Origin: Clostridia bacterium
Lineage (GTDB): Bacteria; Bacillota; Clostridia; Oscillospirales; CAG-272
Direction of reading: 5' to 3'
Length of the DNA stretch: 64,000 nucleotides
Assembly (NCBI GenBank): GCA_017625755.1
Contig: JAGAKG010000041.1
Location: 1,709-65,708 of the forward strand
A program made the position numbers and the translations under genes. The notes under the pieces were generated by a model. The model did no database searches. It was not told the DNA's origin and saw only the letters and a program-made list of their open reading frames with translations. Below are positions 18,114 through 27,270 of this stretch, one piece after another. Position 1 is the first letter of the stretch, and every line of letters starts with the position of its first letter.

Positions 18114-19892
18114 ATGAAAAAGAAATTATTGGCTCTTATGTCAATGATCCTCGCTTGCTTGATGCTCTTTGCTTTTGTATCTTGCGGCGGTGACGAGGAC
18201 ACTGACGATGAGGGCGGAAACGAAAATGGCGTTGCTATGGGTGATGCTATTTCCGAAATGGTTAAGGCTACATTGGCTGAGGACGGCATTAAGGCTACAA
18301 TTAAGCTTGATGCTACTATTCCCGAAGAAGGCGATATGACCGCTGATTGCGTTGTTTACGTTCAAAAGGAAGCTAACGGTGAGTACAACTTGAAGATAAC
18401 TTACGATGCTTCAATGGACGGCGATGACGAAAAGGGCGAAATCATAATCAAAGACGGTAAGGGCTACATGGTTGGCACAGATTCCGACTGGGAGTATGAT
18501 GAAGAATTGGGCGAAAGCGTAATGGTAGGAACAAAGCCTTACTACTCATTCGAGGATCTCTATGCTGATATCAATGATGAGCTTGGCACAGACGACTTTA
18601 TCTTCTCACTTGATTACATTATCGAGCTTGCAAATGCAAGCATCACAGAAGAGATTTCTGCTATGCTCAAGGAGTACAAGATTGAGATCTCTAAGGACGG
18701 AATTGCTAACATCGTTAAGAGAGTTGTAAACGCTGTTACACTTAACGCAACCTTTACAGAGGTTGACGGCGGTTACGAGATCGCATATTCTGTTGACTAC
18801 AAGGATATGATGAACGAAACACTCGCTTACGTAGCAACACTTTCAACAGAAACAAAGCTTGACGCTATCATAAACAAGGCGTTTGAAATTGCCGGCGTTG
18901 ATATGACTGCTGACAAGATGGCAGACGTTTTGAAGAACGCTCTTAAGGACGATATGACTGTTGCTGAGGCTGTTGCAGCTCTCGAAACAGCTATCAAGGA
19001 GCTTTCAGGCGTTGAAGTAAGCCTTAAGGCTATCGTTGACGAAATGCAGACAGACCTCGACATCTCTACACAACAGATCATTGATCTCGTAAAGATGGCT
19101 GCAGGCGGCGATATGGACGGTCAGCTCAGAGATGCTAAGAGCGGTGAAACTGCTTACGATTACCTCATGAGCAAGTTCGGTGAGATCGTTCTCTCCGAGG
19201 AAATGATCGGCGTTAAGCTCAGCGAGCTTGGCGCAAGCATTGAGTTCATTATCTCATCACAAACTCTCGGCGATGCTCTCGTAATGTTCGGTGCAGCTAC
19301 TGAGGAAGATCTTGGAGCAATCGACGAGCAGTTCGCACAGTTCAGCGCAATCAGCGTTGATAAGTACGATCAATCCTTCAAGTTCAGACTTGATTCTAAG
19401 TACAGAATCGAGGAGATCTCCGTATCTATGAATATGAAGATGTCCATGAACGGTCAGGTTATGATGGATATGAGCGAATCAATGTCTGTAAAGATGGAAT
19501 ACACATCTGTTGCTGACAGCAACTTCGCAGTTCCCGATACATTCTTCGATGTTGAAAGCAGCTGGGTTGAAATCGGTTATAACGGGGCTGACGAATGGGG
19601 CGATTATCGCGAATACGATATGACTCCCGATCAGTTCTTTACAAACGGATTCACAACCGATCTTATAATGGGCTCTAAGGCTTCTGTAAAGGAAATCAAG
19701 CTTGAAATGTACGGCGACGAGATTGAGATGGTTGACGGCATTAAGGTTGAAAAAGGTAAGCTTATCGTTTCATCCGAGGCTGCTAAGACTCTTTCAGCGA
19801 CAGGCGATAATTTTGAGGTTATTGTAGTTGCAGCTGATAATGCAGAAGTAAGTGTTTACTTCGACATTAATCTCTATGTTGAAGTAAAATAA
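18114..19892 (+). CDS. Putative lipoprotein (paralog family, long member)
   Basis: AAAGGAG RBS and lipobox FVSC. It aligns over its full length by eye with 20357-21754, for example GETAYDYLMSKFGEIVLSE versus GETIYDYLLRKFGALVLDS. Confidence 0.75.
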   Translation: MKKKLLALMSMILACLMLFAFVSCGGDEDTDDEGGNENGVAMGDAISEMVKATLAEDGIKATIKLDATIPEEGDMTADCVVYVQKEANGEYNLKITYDASMDGDDEKGEIIIKDGKGYMVGTDSDWEYDEELGESVMVGTKPYYSFEDLYADINDELGTDDFIFSLDYIIELANASITEEISAMLKEYKIEISKDGIANIVKRVVNAVTLNATFTEVDGGYEIAYSVDYKDMMNETLAYVATLSTETKLDAIINKAFEIAGVDMTADKMADVLKNALKDDMTVAEAVAALETAIKELSGVEVSLKAIVDEMQTDLDISTQQIIDLVKMAAGGDMDGQLRDAKSGETAYDYLMSKFGEIVLSEEMIGVKLSELGASIEFIISSQTLGDALVMFGAATEEDLGAIDEQFAQFSAISVDKYDQSFKFRLDSKYRIEEISVSMNMKMSMNGQVMMDMSESMSVKMEYTSVADSNFAVPDTFFDVESSWVEIGYNGADEWGDYREYDMTPDQFFTNGFTTDLIMGSKASVKEIKLEMYGDEIEMVDGIKVEKGKLIVSSEAAKTLSATGDNFEVIVVAADNAEVSVYFDINLYVEVK

Positions 19893-19910
19893 AATTTTAT
19901 AAATTAAAAG

Positions 19911-19936
19911 GACCGATCGCAAGATCGGTCTTTTTT
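19911..19936 (+). terminator. Rho-independent terminator
   Basis: GACCGATC-GCAA-GATCGGTC hairpin followed by T6. Confidence 0.85.
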
Positions 19937-19937
19937 C

Positions 19938-20262
19938 AAGCATCAGACGCTTGACCCAGCGGGTAAGCACCCGCGGGCAGAATTCGATGAGGTTGAAGAA
20001 GTAAAAAGAGACCTCAATAGAAAGTGTATCTATAAAATTTAAATGCACAAACAAAAGTAAGGCTACACGCCTGCGGAGGCTTCTCCGCCAAGCGTCAGAC
20101 GCTTGACCCAGCGGGTAAGCACCCGCGGGCAGAATTCGATGAGGTTGAAGAAGTGAAAAGAAACCCTAATAGAAAGAGTGTCTTAAAATTTTAAATGCAC
20201 AAGCAAAAGTAAGGCTATAAAGTCGGTGGCGACTCCGCAACGCCTGCGGTCGCTTGACCGCC
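19938..20262. repeat. Tandem duplication (152-bp period, two units plus a partial start) of the dispersed intergenic repeat
   Basis: Units start at 19938 and 20090. The first ~65 nt are nearly identical (AAGC[AG]TCAGACGCTTGACCCAGCGGGTAAGCACCCGCGGGCAGAATTCGATGAGGTTGAAGAAGT). The remainder has diverged but is still alignable. Confidence 0.9.
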
Positions 20263-20356
20263 TGCTTGACAAGACGGTATAATATATGTTAAAATAAAGT
20301 GTTAGATATAAATTATGTAATTGGTTTATAACCAAGCGGAGATAAAGGAGAAAAAT

Positions 20357-21754
20357 ATGAGAAGAATTTCTTTTTTGTTGGCTTTGCTGATGCTTTTTTC
20401 GGCGTTTATGTTTTCGTGTGATAAAAACGATAATGATACCGAGCAGAGTCAAAGCACTACTGAGGAAACAACCACCGATGAAACAACCACAGAGGATGAG
20501 GAGCAATCGGGCACTCCGGGCGGAACGATTGCGGAAAGAGCGCTCCTTGCGCTTCTTGAAAAGGAAAATATAACTCTTACCGTTGATTTTTCGGCAGACG
20601 GCTTGCATTTGGGTCAAAGCACATCTGCTGTAGCGAGCGCAAAGGCGTATATCAAGAAAAAGGACGGAAAATACAAGCTTCAATTTGACATTAGCGGAAA
20701 GAGCGCGCCGAAGCTTGATATTGACGGAGTGGGCGTTTCCGATGACGGAGAATTTTCGCTAAGTATAGCTATTGCCGACGGAAAAATATCAATTCACGAT
20801 ACTCTTAACGGTAAAAGCGAGCTTGTATATACGGACACTCTTGGCTTTGAGCTTGACGTAGAGGGCGGAATAGATAAGCTTATCGCGCTTTACGGAGAGG
20901 ATATAAAAAATATTCTCGGAGTGCAGATAAGCTCAAGCGCGGATATCGCCAAGCTTCTTAATAATGCGATAACCGTTCTTACCTTTAACGGAAAAGTAGG
21001 CACGACAGAGGATGGCGGATATTCATTCGTTCTCGATTCGGAGCACGCGCCGTATATAAATTCTCTCGCTGCTGTTTTGGTCAAGTGCGAAAATGAGAGC
21101 ATTGGCGAGCTTATATCTCAGATAGCCGAGCTTGCAAAGCTTAATATGGATGAAAAAAGCTTTATAATGCTTCTTGAAAAGAGCCTTACACAGGGGCTTG
21201 AAATCAAGGACCTGATTTTGAATATAGAGAATGCCTACAAGGATATGACAGGTAAGGAGCTTTCTATAAAGAGCATTATTGATGCTGTTCAGCAAAACTC
21301 GGGCTATTCGACGGAGCAGATAGTTGAGGTGTTAAAGGCTAACATAACGAGCCCAAAAATAAAATCTCAGTTGAACGCGCCAAAGGAAGGCGAAACCATT
21401 TATGATTATCTTTTGAGAAAATTCGGCGCGCTCGTTCTTGATTCGCTCGTGAAGGGGGCAACAGGTCAAAGCACCGTAGACGAGGCGAAGAATGCTATAA
21501 TCGCGGTTATCAAGGATATGACGCTTAAGGATGCGATTGCGTCCGTTATCAAGGATACTGCTAAGGCTGATGCTATATTTGATTCGCTTTCTGCGTATAG
21601 CGCAAGGGAGCTTAGCGAGCATATAAAGATAGAGCTTGATAAGAATTTCAATTTGAAGCTTATCGAAATCGGAGTCGGAGCTGTTTTAGATAGAAACGGC
21701 GCGGAGAGCGAAAAGGCGATATCCTCTGTTTCCATCTCGTTTGATTATAATTAA
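20357..21754 (+). CDS. Putative lipoprotein (paralog family, long member)
   Basis: AAGGAG RBS before the ATG at 20357. Lipobox MFSC followed by a T/E-rich linker. Paralog of 18114-19892. Confidence 0.75.
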   Translation: MRRISFLLALLMLFSAFMFSCDKNDNDTEQSQSTTEETTTDETTTEDEEQSGTPGGTIAERALLALLEKENITLTVDFSADGLHLGQSTSAVASAKAYIKKKDGKYKLQFDISGKSAPKLDIDGVGVSDDGEFSLSIAIADGKISIHDTLNGKSELVYTDTLGFELDVEGGIDKLIALYGEDIKNILGVQISSSADIAKLLNNAITVLTFNGKVGTTEDGGYSFVLDSEHAPYINSLAAVLVKCENESIGELISQIAELAKLNMDEKSFIMLLEKSLTQGLEIKDLILNIENAYKDMTGKELSIKSIIDAVQQNSGYSTEQIVEVLKANITSPKIKSQLNAPKEGETIYDYLLRKFGALVLDSLVKGATGQSTVDEAKNAIIAVIKDMTLKDAIASVIKDTAKADAIFDSLSAYSARELSEHIKIELDKNFNLKLIEIGVGAVLDRNGAESEKAISSVSISFDYN

Positions 21755-21824
21755 TTTAACTAAAAAACAGTTATTGACAAACGGAAAATATTAATATATA
21801 ATATGTTATAATAATAAAAGATTT

Positions 21825-22661
21825 ATGAACGGAGGGAGCTTTTTGAAGGTATCTGTTATTTCGGGCGCTTATAATATCGGCTCGTGCTTTTCATTTGACA
21901 GATCTATGAGGAGTATACTTGAGCAAACGCACGCAGAGCTCGAATTTATAATCTGCGACGACGGCTCAACGGATAACACATGGGAGCTTCTTTCCGAATA
22001 CGCAAAATCAGACGAGCGTATAAGGCTTATAAAAAACGATCAAAACAAGGGCCTTGCTTATTCGCTTAACCGATGTATTGAGCTTGCAAGCGGTGAGCTT
22101 ATCGCAAGGCACGACTGCGACGATTATTCCGCGCCCGACCGACTCGAAAGACAGATAGAATATATGAAGGAGCACCCCGAAATTTCGCTTCTCGGCACAC
22201 AGGTATATCTTTTTGATGAAAACGGAGTCTGGGGTAAGGAAAAGTTCCCTGAGAGTGTGGAAAACAGAGATTTTCTTTTTGTTTCTCCGTATCAGCACGG
22301 CTCTGTGATGTTCAGACGCGAGGCTCTTTTAAAAGCGGGCGGATACCGCGTTGCAAAGGAAACGAGAAGATGCGAGGATTACGATCTTTTTATGTCGATG
22401 CAGACCTTTTCAAGGGGCGCGAATATGCAGGAGTATCTATATTACTTTTGCGAAAACAAGAGCGCGAGGAAAAGGCGTAAATACAGATACAGAATAGACG
22501 AGATGAAGGTTCGCTTTAAGGGATTTAAAAAGCTTTCGCTTATGCCAAGGGGCTTCTTTTATGCGATAAAGCCGCTTATAGTCGGACTTATTCCGTCACC
22601 TATACTTGAGGGATTAAAGAAAAAACGCAAAAGGCGCGAGGAAATAAAAAGTGATGAATAA
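21825..22661 (+). CDS. Family 2 glycosyltransferase
   Basis: VSVISGAYN...EFIICDDGSTDNT...DCDD. The true start may be the TTG at 21843, which follows GGAGGGAG. Confidence 0.8.
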   Translation: MNGGSFLKVSVISGAYNIGSCFSFDRSMRSILEQTHAELEFIICDDGSTDNTWELLSEYAKSDERIRLIKNDQNKGLAYSLNRCIELASGELIARHDCDDYSAPDRLERQIEYMKEHPEISLLGTQVYLFDENGVWGKEKFPESVENRDFLFVSPYQHGSVMFRREALLKAGGYRVAKETRRCEDYDLFMSMQTFSRGANMQEYLYYFCENKSARKRRKYRYRIDEMKVRFKGFKKLSLMPRGFFYAIKPLIVGLIPSPILEGLKKKRKRREEIKSDE

Positions 22662-23922
22662 GGGAGCTTCGGAGCTGAAGGGCTTTATGCGGGATTATTC
22701 CTACCGCGTAGTCGGTCCTGTGATGTATGAATATACGCGCTGGGTTATTTCCGAGGCGCAAAAAAGAGGAATAAAGCGCCTTTACTTTCTGGCGCGCGAC
22801 GGATATCTGCTTTGCGATATAGCAAAAATGATATGTGAAAGAAACGGCTGTGATATAGAGTGCAGATATTTTTACTGCTCAAGACAGTCGCTCAGAATGC
22901 CTACCTACCGATTTATCGGTGAGGAAACGTTTGATATGCTTTGTATAAGAGGATATTATAATACTCCGAAAAGCGTGCTTCAAAGAGCGAAGATAGACGG
23001 CATCACGGCAAGGGAGATATACTCCGAGCTTAATATAGAAAACGAGGACGAGTGCTTCAATAAGCCGGAGTTTGAGGACTTTTGCAGAAAATTAAGAGCT
23101 TGTAAGAAATATCGTGAGGCGGTGATTTTAAACTCCGAGAGGGCGTATGCGCCTGCTGTAAAATATTTCGAGCAGGAGAGAATATTTGAAAACGATACCG
23201 TCGCGATAGTAGACAGCGGTTGGACGGGCTCTATGCAGCGCTCAATGCGACAGATTCTCGATACCTGCGGATTTAAGGGAAAGATATGCGGGTTTTATTT
23301 CGGTATGTTTGAAAAGCCGAAGGATGCGCGCGACGGCGAGTATCTTACCTATTATTTCAGCAGAGATAACGGTATAAAAAGACGTGTGAAATTCAATAAC
23401 AATCTTTTTGAGTGTATGCTTTCTGCTCCGCACGAGATGACCGAGGGCTACACGATAGAGGACGGTATAGCGCGCCCTGTGTTCGCAAAAAGCGCGTATT
23501 CACCCGAGCTTACAGAGCTTATTAAAGCTCAGATAGACGGAGCGTTAAGCTACGCAAGCGAGCAGCGCGAGGGGGAGCTTAACATTAAGGCTTCGCTTAA
23601 AAAATGCTATAAGATACTTAAAAGGGCTATGATATATCCTACGGAGTACGAGGTTAAAATGTATTCGCGCTTCGTATTTTGCGACGACGTTACCGAGGGC
23701 TATCATATGTCCTTATCCGAGCAAAACGCAAGACGTATGCTCGGAAGCTATATGATATTTAGCAGAATCATAGGAAAAATATTTAAAAGAAAAAACAAAA
23801 AGCAGCCCGAGCTTTTCTGGCCAGAGGGGGTTATTGCCTCGTGTCCTGCGATTCTTCGTCCGTGGTATAGGATGAACGTGGGGCTTTGGAACTGGCTCAA
23901 GGCTATTCTTAAAAAGAAATAA
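22651..23922 (+). CDS. Uncharacterized protein, paralog of the C-terminal domain of the downstream GT2-HAD fusion
   Basis: RGIKRLYFLARDGYLLCDIA versus EGYKKIVFLARDGKMIKEAF in 23937-27053. Both end in a K/R-rich tail. Confidence 0.6.
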   Translation: MMNKGASELKGFMRDYSYRVVGPVMYEYTRWVISEAQKRGIKRLYFLARDGYLLCDIAKMICERNGCDIECRYFYCSRQSLRMPTYRFIGEETFDMLCIRGYYNTPKSVLQRAKIDGITAREIYSELNIENEDECFNKPEFEDFCRKLRACKKYREAVILNSERAYAPAVKYFEQERIFENDTVAIVDSGWTGSMQRSMRQILDTCGFKGKICGFYFGMFEKPKDARDGEYLTYYFSRDNGIKRRVKFNNNLFECMLSAPHEMTEGYTIEDGIARPVFAKSAYSPELTELIKAQIDGALSYASEQREGELNIKASLKKCYKILKRAMIYPTEYEVKMYSRFVFCDDVTEGYHMSLSEQNARRMLGSYMIFSRIIGKIFKRKNKKQPELFWPEGVIASCPAILRPWYRMNVGLWNWLKAILKKK

Positions 23923-23936
23923 CAGGAGAGAAATCA

Positions 23937-26900
23937 ATGAAAAATCCGCTTTTGACCGTCATAATACCTATGTATGGCGTTGAAAGGTTTATTGCAAAAT
24001 GCCTCGACAGCGTTATAGCGCAATCTTATGATAATCTTGAGATAATCTGCGTAAACGACGGAACTCCCGACGCATCTGCCGATATTGCAAGAGAGTATGC
24101 GAAAAACGATGCTCGTATAAGGGTGATCGACAACGAGAAAAATCTCGGTCTTTTCCGCGCAAGAGTTGAAGGACTCAGGGTCGCAAACGGCGAATACATC
24201 GCATTTGTGGACGCTGATGATTTTATAGGCGTGGATTGGTTCAGGCTTCTTTATAAGCAGATAAAAAGGGAAAATGCCGATATGGTTATCGGTAATACCG
24301 TAAATGTTGATGAAACGGGCTATAAGTTCTATTATAACAGCTATAGAGCATTGACTAAATCTCACAAGAGCATAGAGGGAGATTTGCTTGATGTCTTTTA
24401 CGAGCAGGACGGAAGCAATTTCGTTTGGCACACCGTTTGGAACAAGCTTTATAAAAGAGAACTTGTCGAAAGATGTATGCCGTATTTCCTGAAGATCGAT
24501 TTTCATATGATAATGGGAGAGGATATTGCATTTTCGTCGGTATTCTATACTCACGCAAGAAAGCTCGCCTTTGCCGACGCGGACTGTTATTTCTATTACA
24601 GACATTCCGAGGCGTCAACCTCTATAACTCTGCCCAAGGAAAAGATAGTTCGTAATATTTACGATATTGGCAGAGTGTTTGATTACGTTGAGGACTCACT
24701 AAAGGACTATTCCTTGGAAAAATACGAAAATCGCAGGGCTGATATAGCTTCCTTTAAGGCTCGCTATCAGCGTACCTGGCGCGGAAATATCTGGGCGGCG
24801 AAGCTTAATGACGACCGCGATGCGCTCGATGCTATGGAAAAGGTGTTTGGGGCGCGCGACGGAGAGCTTCCGTATCCTCACGATTTCTATTTTTATGAGC
24901 TTACATCGCCGTGGAGCGACAGGCTTGAAAGGCTTAAATGCGAGATAATTGACAAAAAGCACAAGGTTATCTCGTTTGATATATTTGATACGCTTATTAT
25001 GCGTCCCTTCTATTCTCCTACGGATATTCACTGTATGGTTGGAAAAAGGGCGGGCAGGATAGCTTCATTCTTAAACGAGGAGAGCTTTCCGAAAATAAGG
25101 GCCAATGCCGAATATCAGGCGCGCGTTTTGTCCAAGGAGCAGGACGTGACCATGGACGAGATATACTCCGCGCTTGCTGATATATGCTCGATATCCTTAG
25201 AGGATGCTTACGCGATACGCGATATCGAAAAGGAGCTTGAGATAAAATATTGCTATGCAAGAAAAAGCGCGAGGGAGCTTTTTGATCTTGCAATTCTTTC
25301 GGGCAAAAGAGTTATAATAACCTCGGATATGTATCTTGATAAGGAAACCGTTTCGTCAATTCTTGCGAAAAACGGATACCTCGGCTATGAAAAGCTTTAT
25401 CTTTCAAGCGATACTATGAAGCTCAAGGCTACGGGAGATATATTTAAATTCGTGCTTTCCGAGCTTGGTGTTGAGCCCTTCGAGATACTTCATATAGGTG
25501 ACAACTGGAATTCCGATATAGTGAGCGCGCAGAAATGCGGATACGATACTTATTTTCTTCCGAAGGCGACAGAGACCTTTGAAAACGGGATATCCGACAT
25601 ATACACAGGAAATCAAAATCTTGCAAATGTAACTAAAACAGCGACACAGGTCGACACTACCGCATCGAAATCGCAGCTCCCCGTGCGCTGTGCGATCGCG
25701 CTTGCGGCGAACAAATGCTTTGACAATCCCTTCAAGCCGTTTCAGTGGAATTCAAACTATAATGCCGATGCTTATTATATTGGCTACACTGCGCTTGGTC
25801 CACATATTCTCGGTATGGCTGAATGGATATACAACGTGTCTAAAAAAGAGGGCTATAAGAAGATAGTTTTCTTGGCGCGCGACGGTAAAATGATAAAGGA
25901 AGCGTTTGATGCTTTGAAGGAAGCGCGCGGATATGATATAGAAACGGAATATTTCTACGCAAACAGAAAATCTCTTATGCCGTACGGCGTAAGGAGCGCG
26001 AACGATTTTTATTCGATATCCAAGTATATGGATATAAAGGCGCACACTCCCCGCGACATTTTGGGTATATATAAGGAGATTTTGCTTCCTCTTGACGATG
26101 AAACCGAAAGAAAATATAAGAAGGCAGGCATAAGGCTTGACGAGCAAATCCAAAACGATACGGAGTATTACGCTTTTATAAAGGCGCTTATTGATATTTC
26201 GTGTGATGAGGAGCTTATTTCAAAAAAATTCGACGAGGCGTCAAGAGCGTTTAAGACTGTGTTTACCGAGAGAAGCGCTGCGTTTGATCTTGGCTACAGC
26301 GGAAGGCTTCAGTCGATAATCTGCGATCTTGCAAAAGCACCGATAGACGTATTTTATCTACACTCCAACGGCTATTCTACCGATCTTGTATCTAAGGATA
26401 AATTCAAAATACATTCGTTTTACGGATACACCCCCACGGTTTCGGGCATTGTAAGAGAATTCTTTATGTCAGATCCCGCGCCGTCTTGCATAGGCTACGA
26501 GCTTGGCTCGTTTGGCATTAAGCCGATCTTGGAGGAAAAGGATGCTACGCTTTCGTATGAGTCTACCTATGCTATAAAGGAGCTTCAGCGCTCCGCGGTC
26601 GATTTCTGCAAGGAGTATGTAAAGACCTTTGGAAACGATTTTGAGGACTTCTCTGCAAGAGAGAGCGATTATTCCGTTGCGTTTGAGTATTTCCTCACGC
26701 ACGCTATGGAGTTTGACAGATATTTGTTCTCTAATGCTATGGTAGAGGATGAGGTGTACGGCGGATATTCGGCGCGCAGTATATTTGATATCTGGACGTG
26801 GCATCAGGGACAGCTTCAGGCTGTCGGCTCAGGTGCGCCGAGCGCGATAACCGTTCACGGATTTTTAGAGGTAATGGGCGGCTCGAAGATAAAGAAGGCG

Positions 26901-27053
26901 CTTATGTATCTTATGTATGACAGAGCAACCTTTAAGGAAAAGGTTCATTTCAAGCTGAGAAATCACAAAATACTTCTTGGTATTTTTAAATTTCTTTATG
27001 CAATTCCGAGAGGAATTTACCGTATTTTCAAGCCGAAGCGTAAAAATAAATAA
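23937..27053 (+). CDS. Three-domain fusion: GT2 glycosyltransferase, HAD-like hydrolase and an uncharacterized C-terminal domain
   Basis: N-terminus LTVIIPMYG...ICVNDGTPD...VDADD (GT2). Middle VISFDIFDTLIMRP...ITSDMY...HIGDNWNSDI (HAD-like). C-terminal ~440 aa are paralogous to 22651-23922. Confidence 0.7.
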   Translation: MKNPLLTVIIPMYGVERFIAKCLDSVIAQSYDNLEIICVNDGTPDASADIAREYAKNDARIRVIDNEKNLGLFRARVEGLRVANGEYIAFVDADDFIGVDWFRLLYKQIKRENADMVIGNTVNVDETGYKFYYNSYRALTKSHKSIEGDLLDVFYEQDGSNFVWHTVWNKLYKRELVERCMPYFLKIDFHMIMGEDIAFSSVFYTHARKLAFADADCYFYYRHSEASTSITLPKEKIVRNIYDIGRVFDYVEDSLKDYSLEKYENRRADIASFKARYQRTWRGNIWAAKLNDDRDALDAMEKVFGARDGELPYPHDFYFYELTSPWSDRLERLKCEIIDKKHKVISFDIFDTLIMRPFYSPTDIHCMVGKRAGRIASFLNEESFPKIRANAEYQARVLSKEQDVTMDEIYSALADICSISLEDAYAIRDIEKELEIKYCYARKSARELFDLAILSGKRVIITSDMYLDKETVSSILAKNGYLGYEKLYLSSDTMKLKATGDIFKFVLSELGVEPFEILHIGDNWNSDIVSAQKCGYDTYFLPKATETFENGISDIYTGNQNLANVTKTATQVDTTASKSQLPVRCAIALAANKCFDNPFKPFQWNSNYNADAYYIGYTALGPHILGMAEWIYNVSKKEGYKKIVFLARDGKMIKEAFDALKEARGYDIETEYFYANRKSLMPYGVRSANDFYSISKYMDIKAHTPRDILGIYKEILLPLDDETERKYKKAGIRLDEQIQNDTEYYAFIKALIDISCDEELISKKFDEASRAFKTVFTERSAAFDLGYSGRLQSIICDLAKAPIDVFYLHSNGYSTDLVSKDKFKIHSFYGYTPTVSGIVREFFMSDPAPSCIGYELGSFGIKPILEEKDATLSYESTYAIKELQRSAVDFCKEYVKTFGNDFEDFSARESDYSVAFEYFLTHAMEFDRYLFSNAMVEDEVYGGYSARSIFDIWTWHQGQLQAVGSGAPSAITVHGFLEVMGGSKIKKALMYLMYDRATFKEKVHFKLRNHKILLGIFKFLYAIPRGIYRIFKPKRKNK

Positions 27054-27057
27054 TTAA

Positions 27058-27086
27058 AGCCCGTATCACTCCGATACGGGCTTTTC
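27058..27086 (+). terminator. Rho-independent terminator
   Basis: AGCCCGTATC-ACTCC-GATACGGGCT hairpin followed by TTTT. Confidence 0.8.
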
Positions 27087-27095
27087 TGCTTTCAA

Positions 27096-27170
27096 AAGAA
27101 AAAGTATCTGTAAAATTTAAATGCACAAGAAAAAGTAAGTCTGCCAAGACAGCCGCCTTCCGTTTGGCGT
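27096..27170. repeat. Copy of the dispersed intergenic repeat family
   Basis: AAAGTATCTGTAAAATTTAAATGCACAAGAAAAAGTAAGTCTGCC matches the core of the units at 20025-20065 and 20175-20215. Confidence 0.75.
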
Positions 27171-27270
27171 GAATAAAAAATCATCGTTTTACGCGTAAAT
27201 ATTTTAAAATATTAACAAAAAGTGATTTGTTTGTGCTACAATTAAAATATAAATAAATATTTATCCACTT

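Noticed and set aside
19938-20262. Possible CRISPR array
   Set aside because: There are only two 152-bp units and no unique spacers between short repeats. No cas genes or leader are present. This is a tandem duplication of a dispersed repeat.
20183-20683. 166-aa minus-strand ORF spanning the repeat region and the lipoprotein gene start
   Set aside because: It overlaps the tandem repeat and runs antisense to the 5' end of a well-supported lipoprotein gene. The composition is implausible for a real protein.
23934-24605. 223-aa ORF on the minus strand
   Set aside because: It is antisense to the GT2 domain of the 1038-aa fusion protein, whose motifs are clear.
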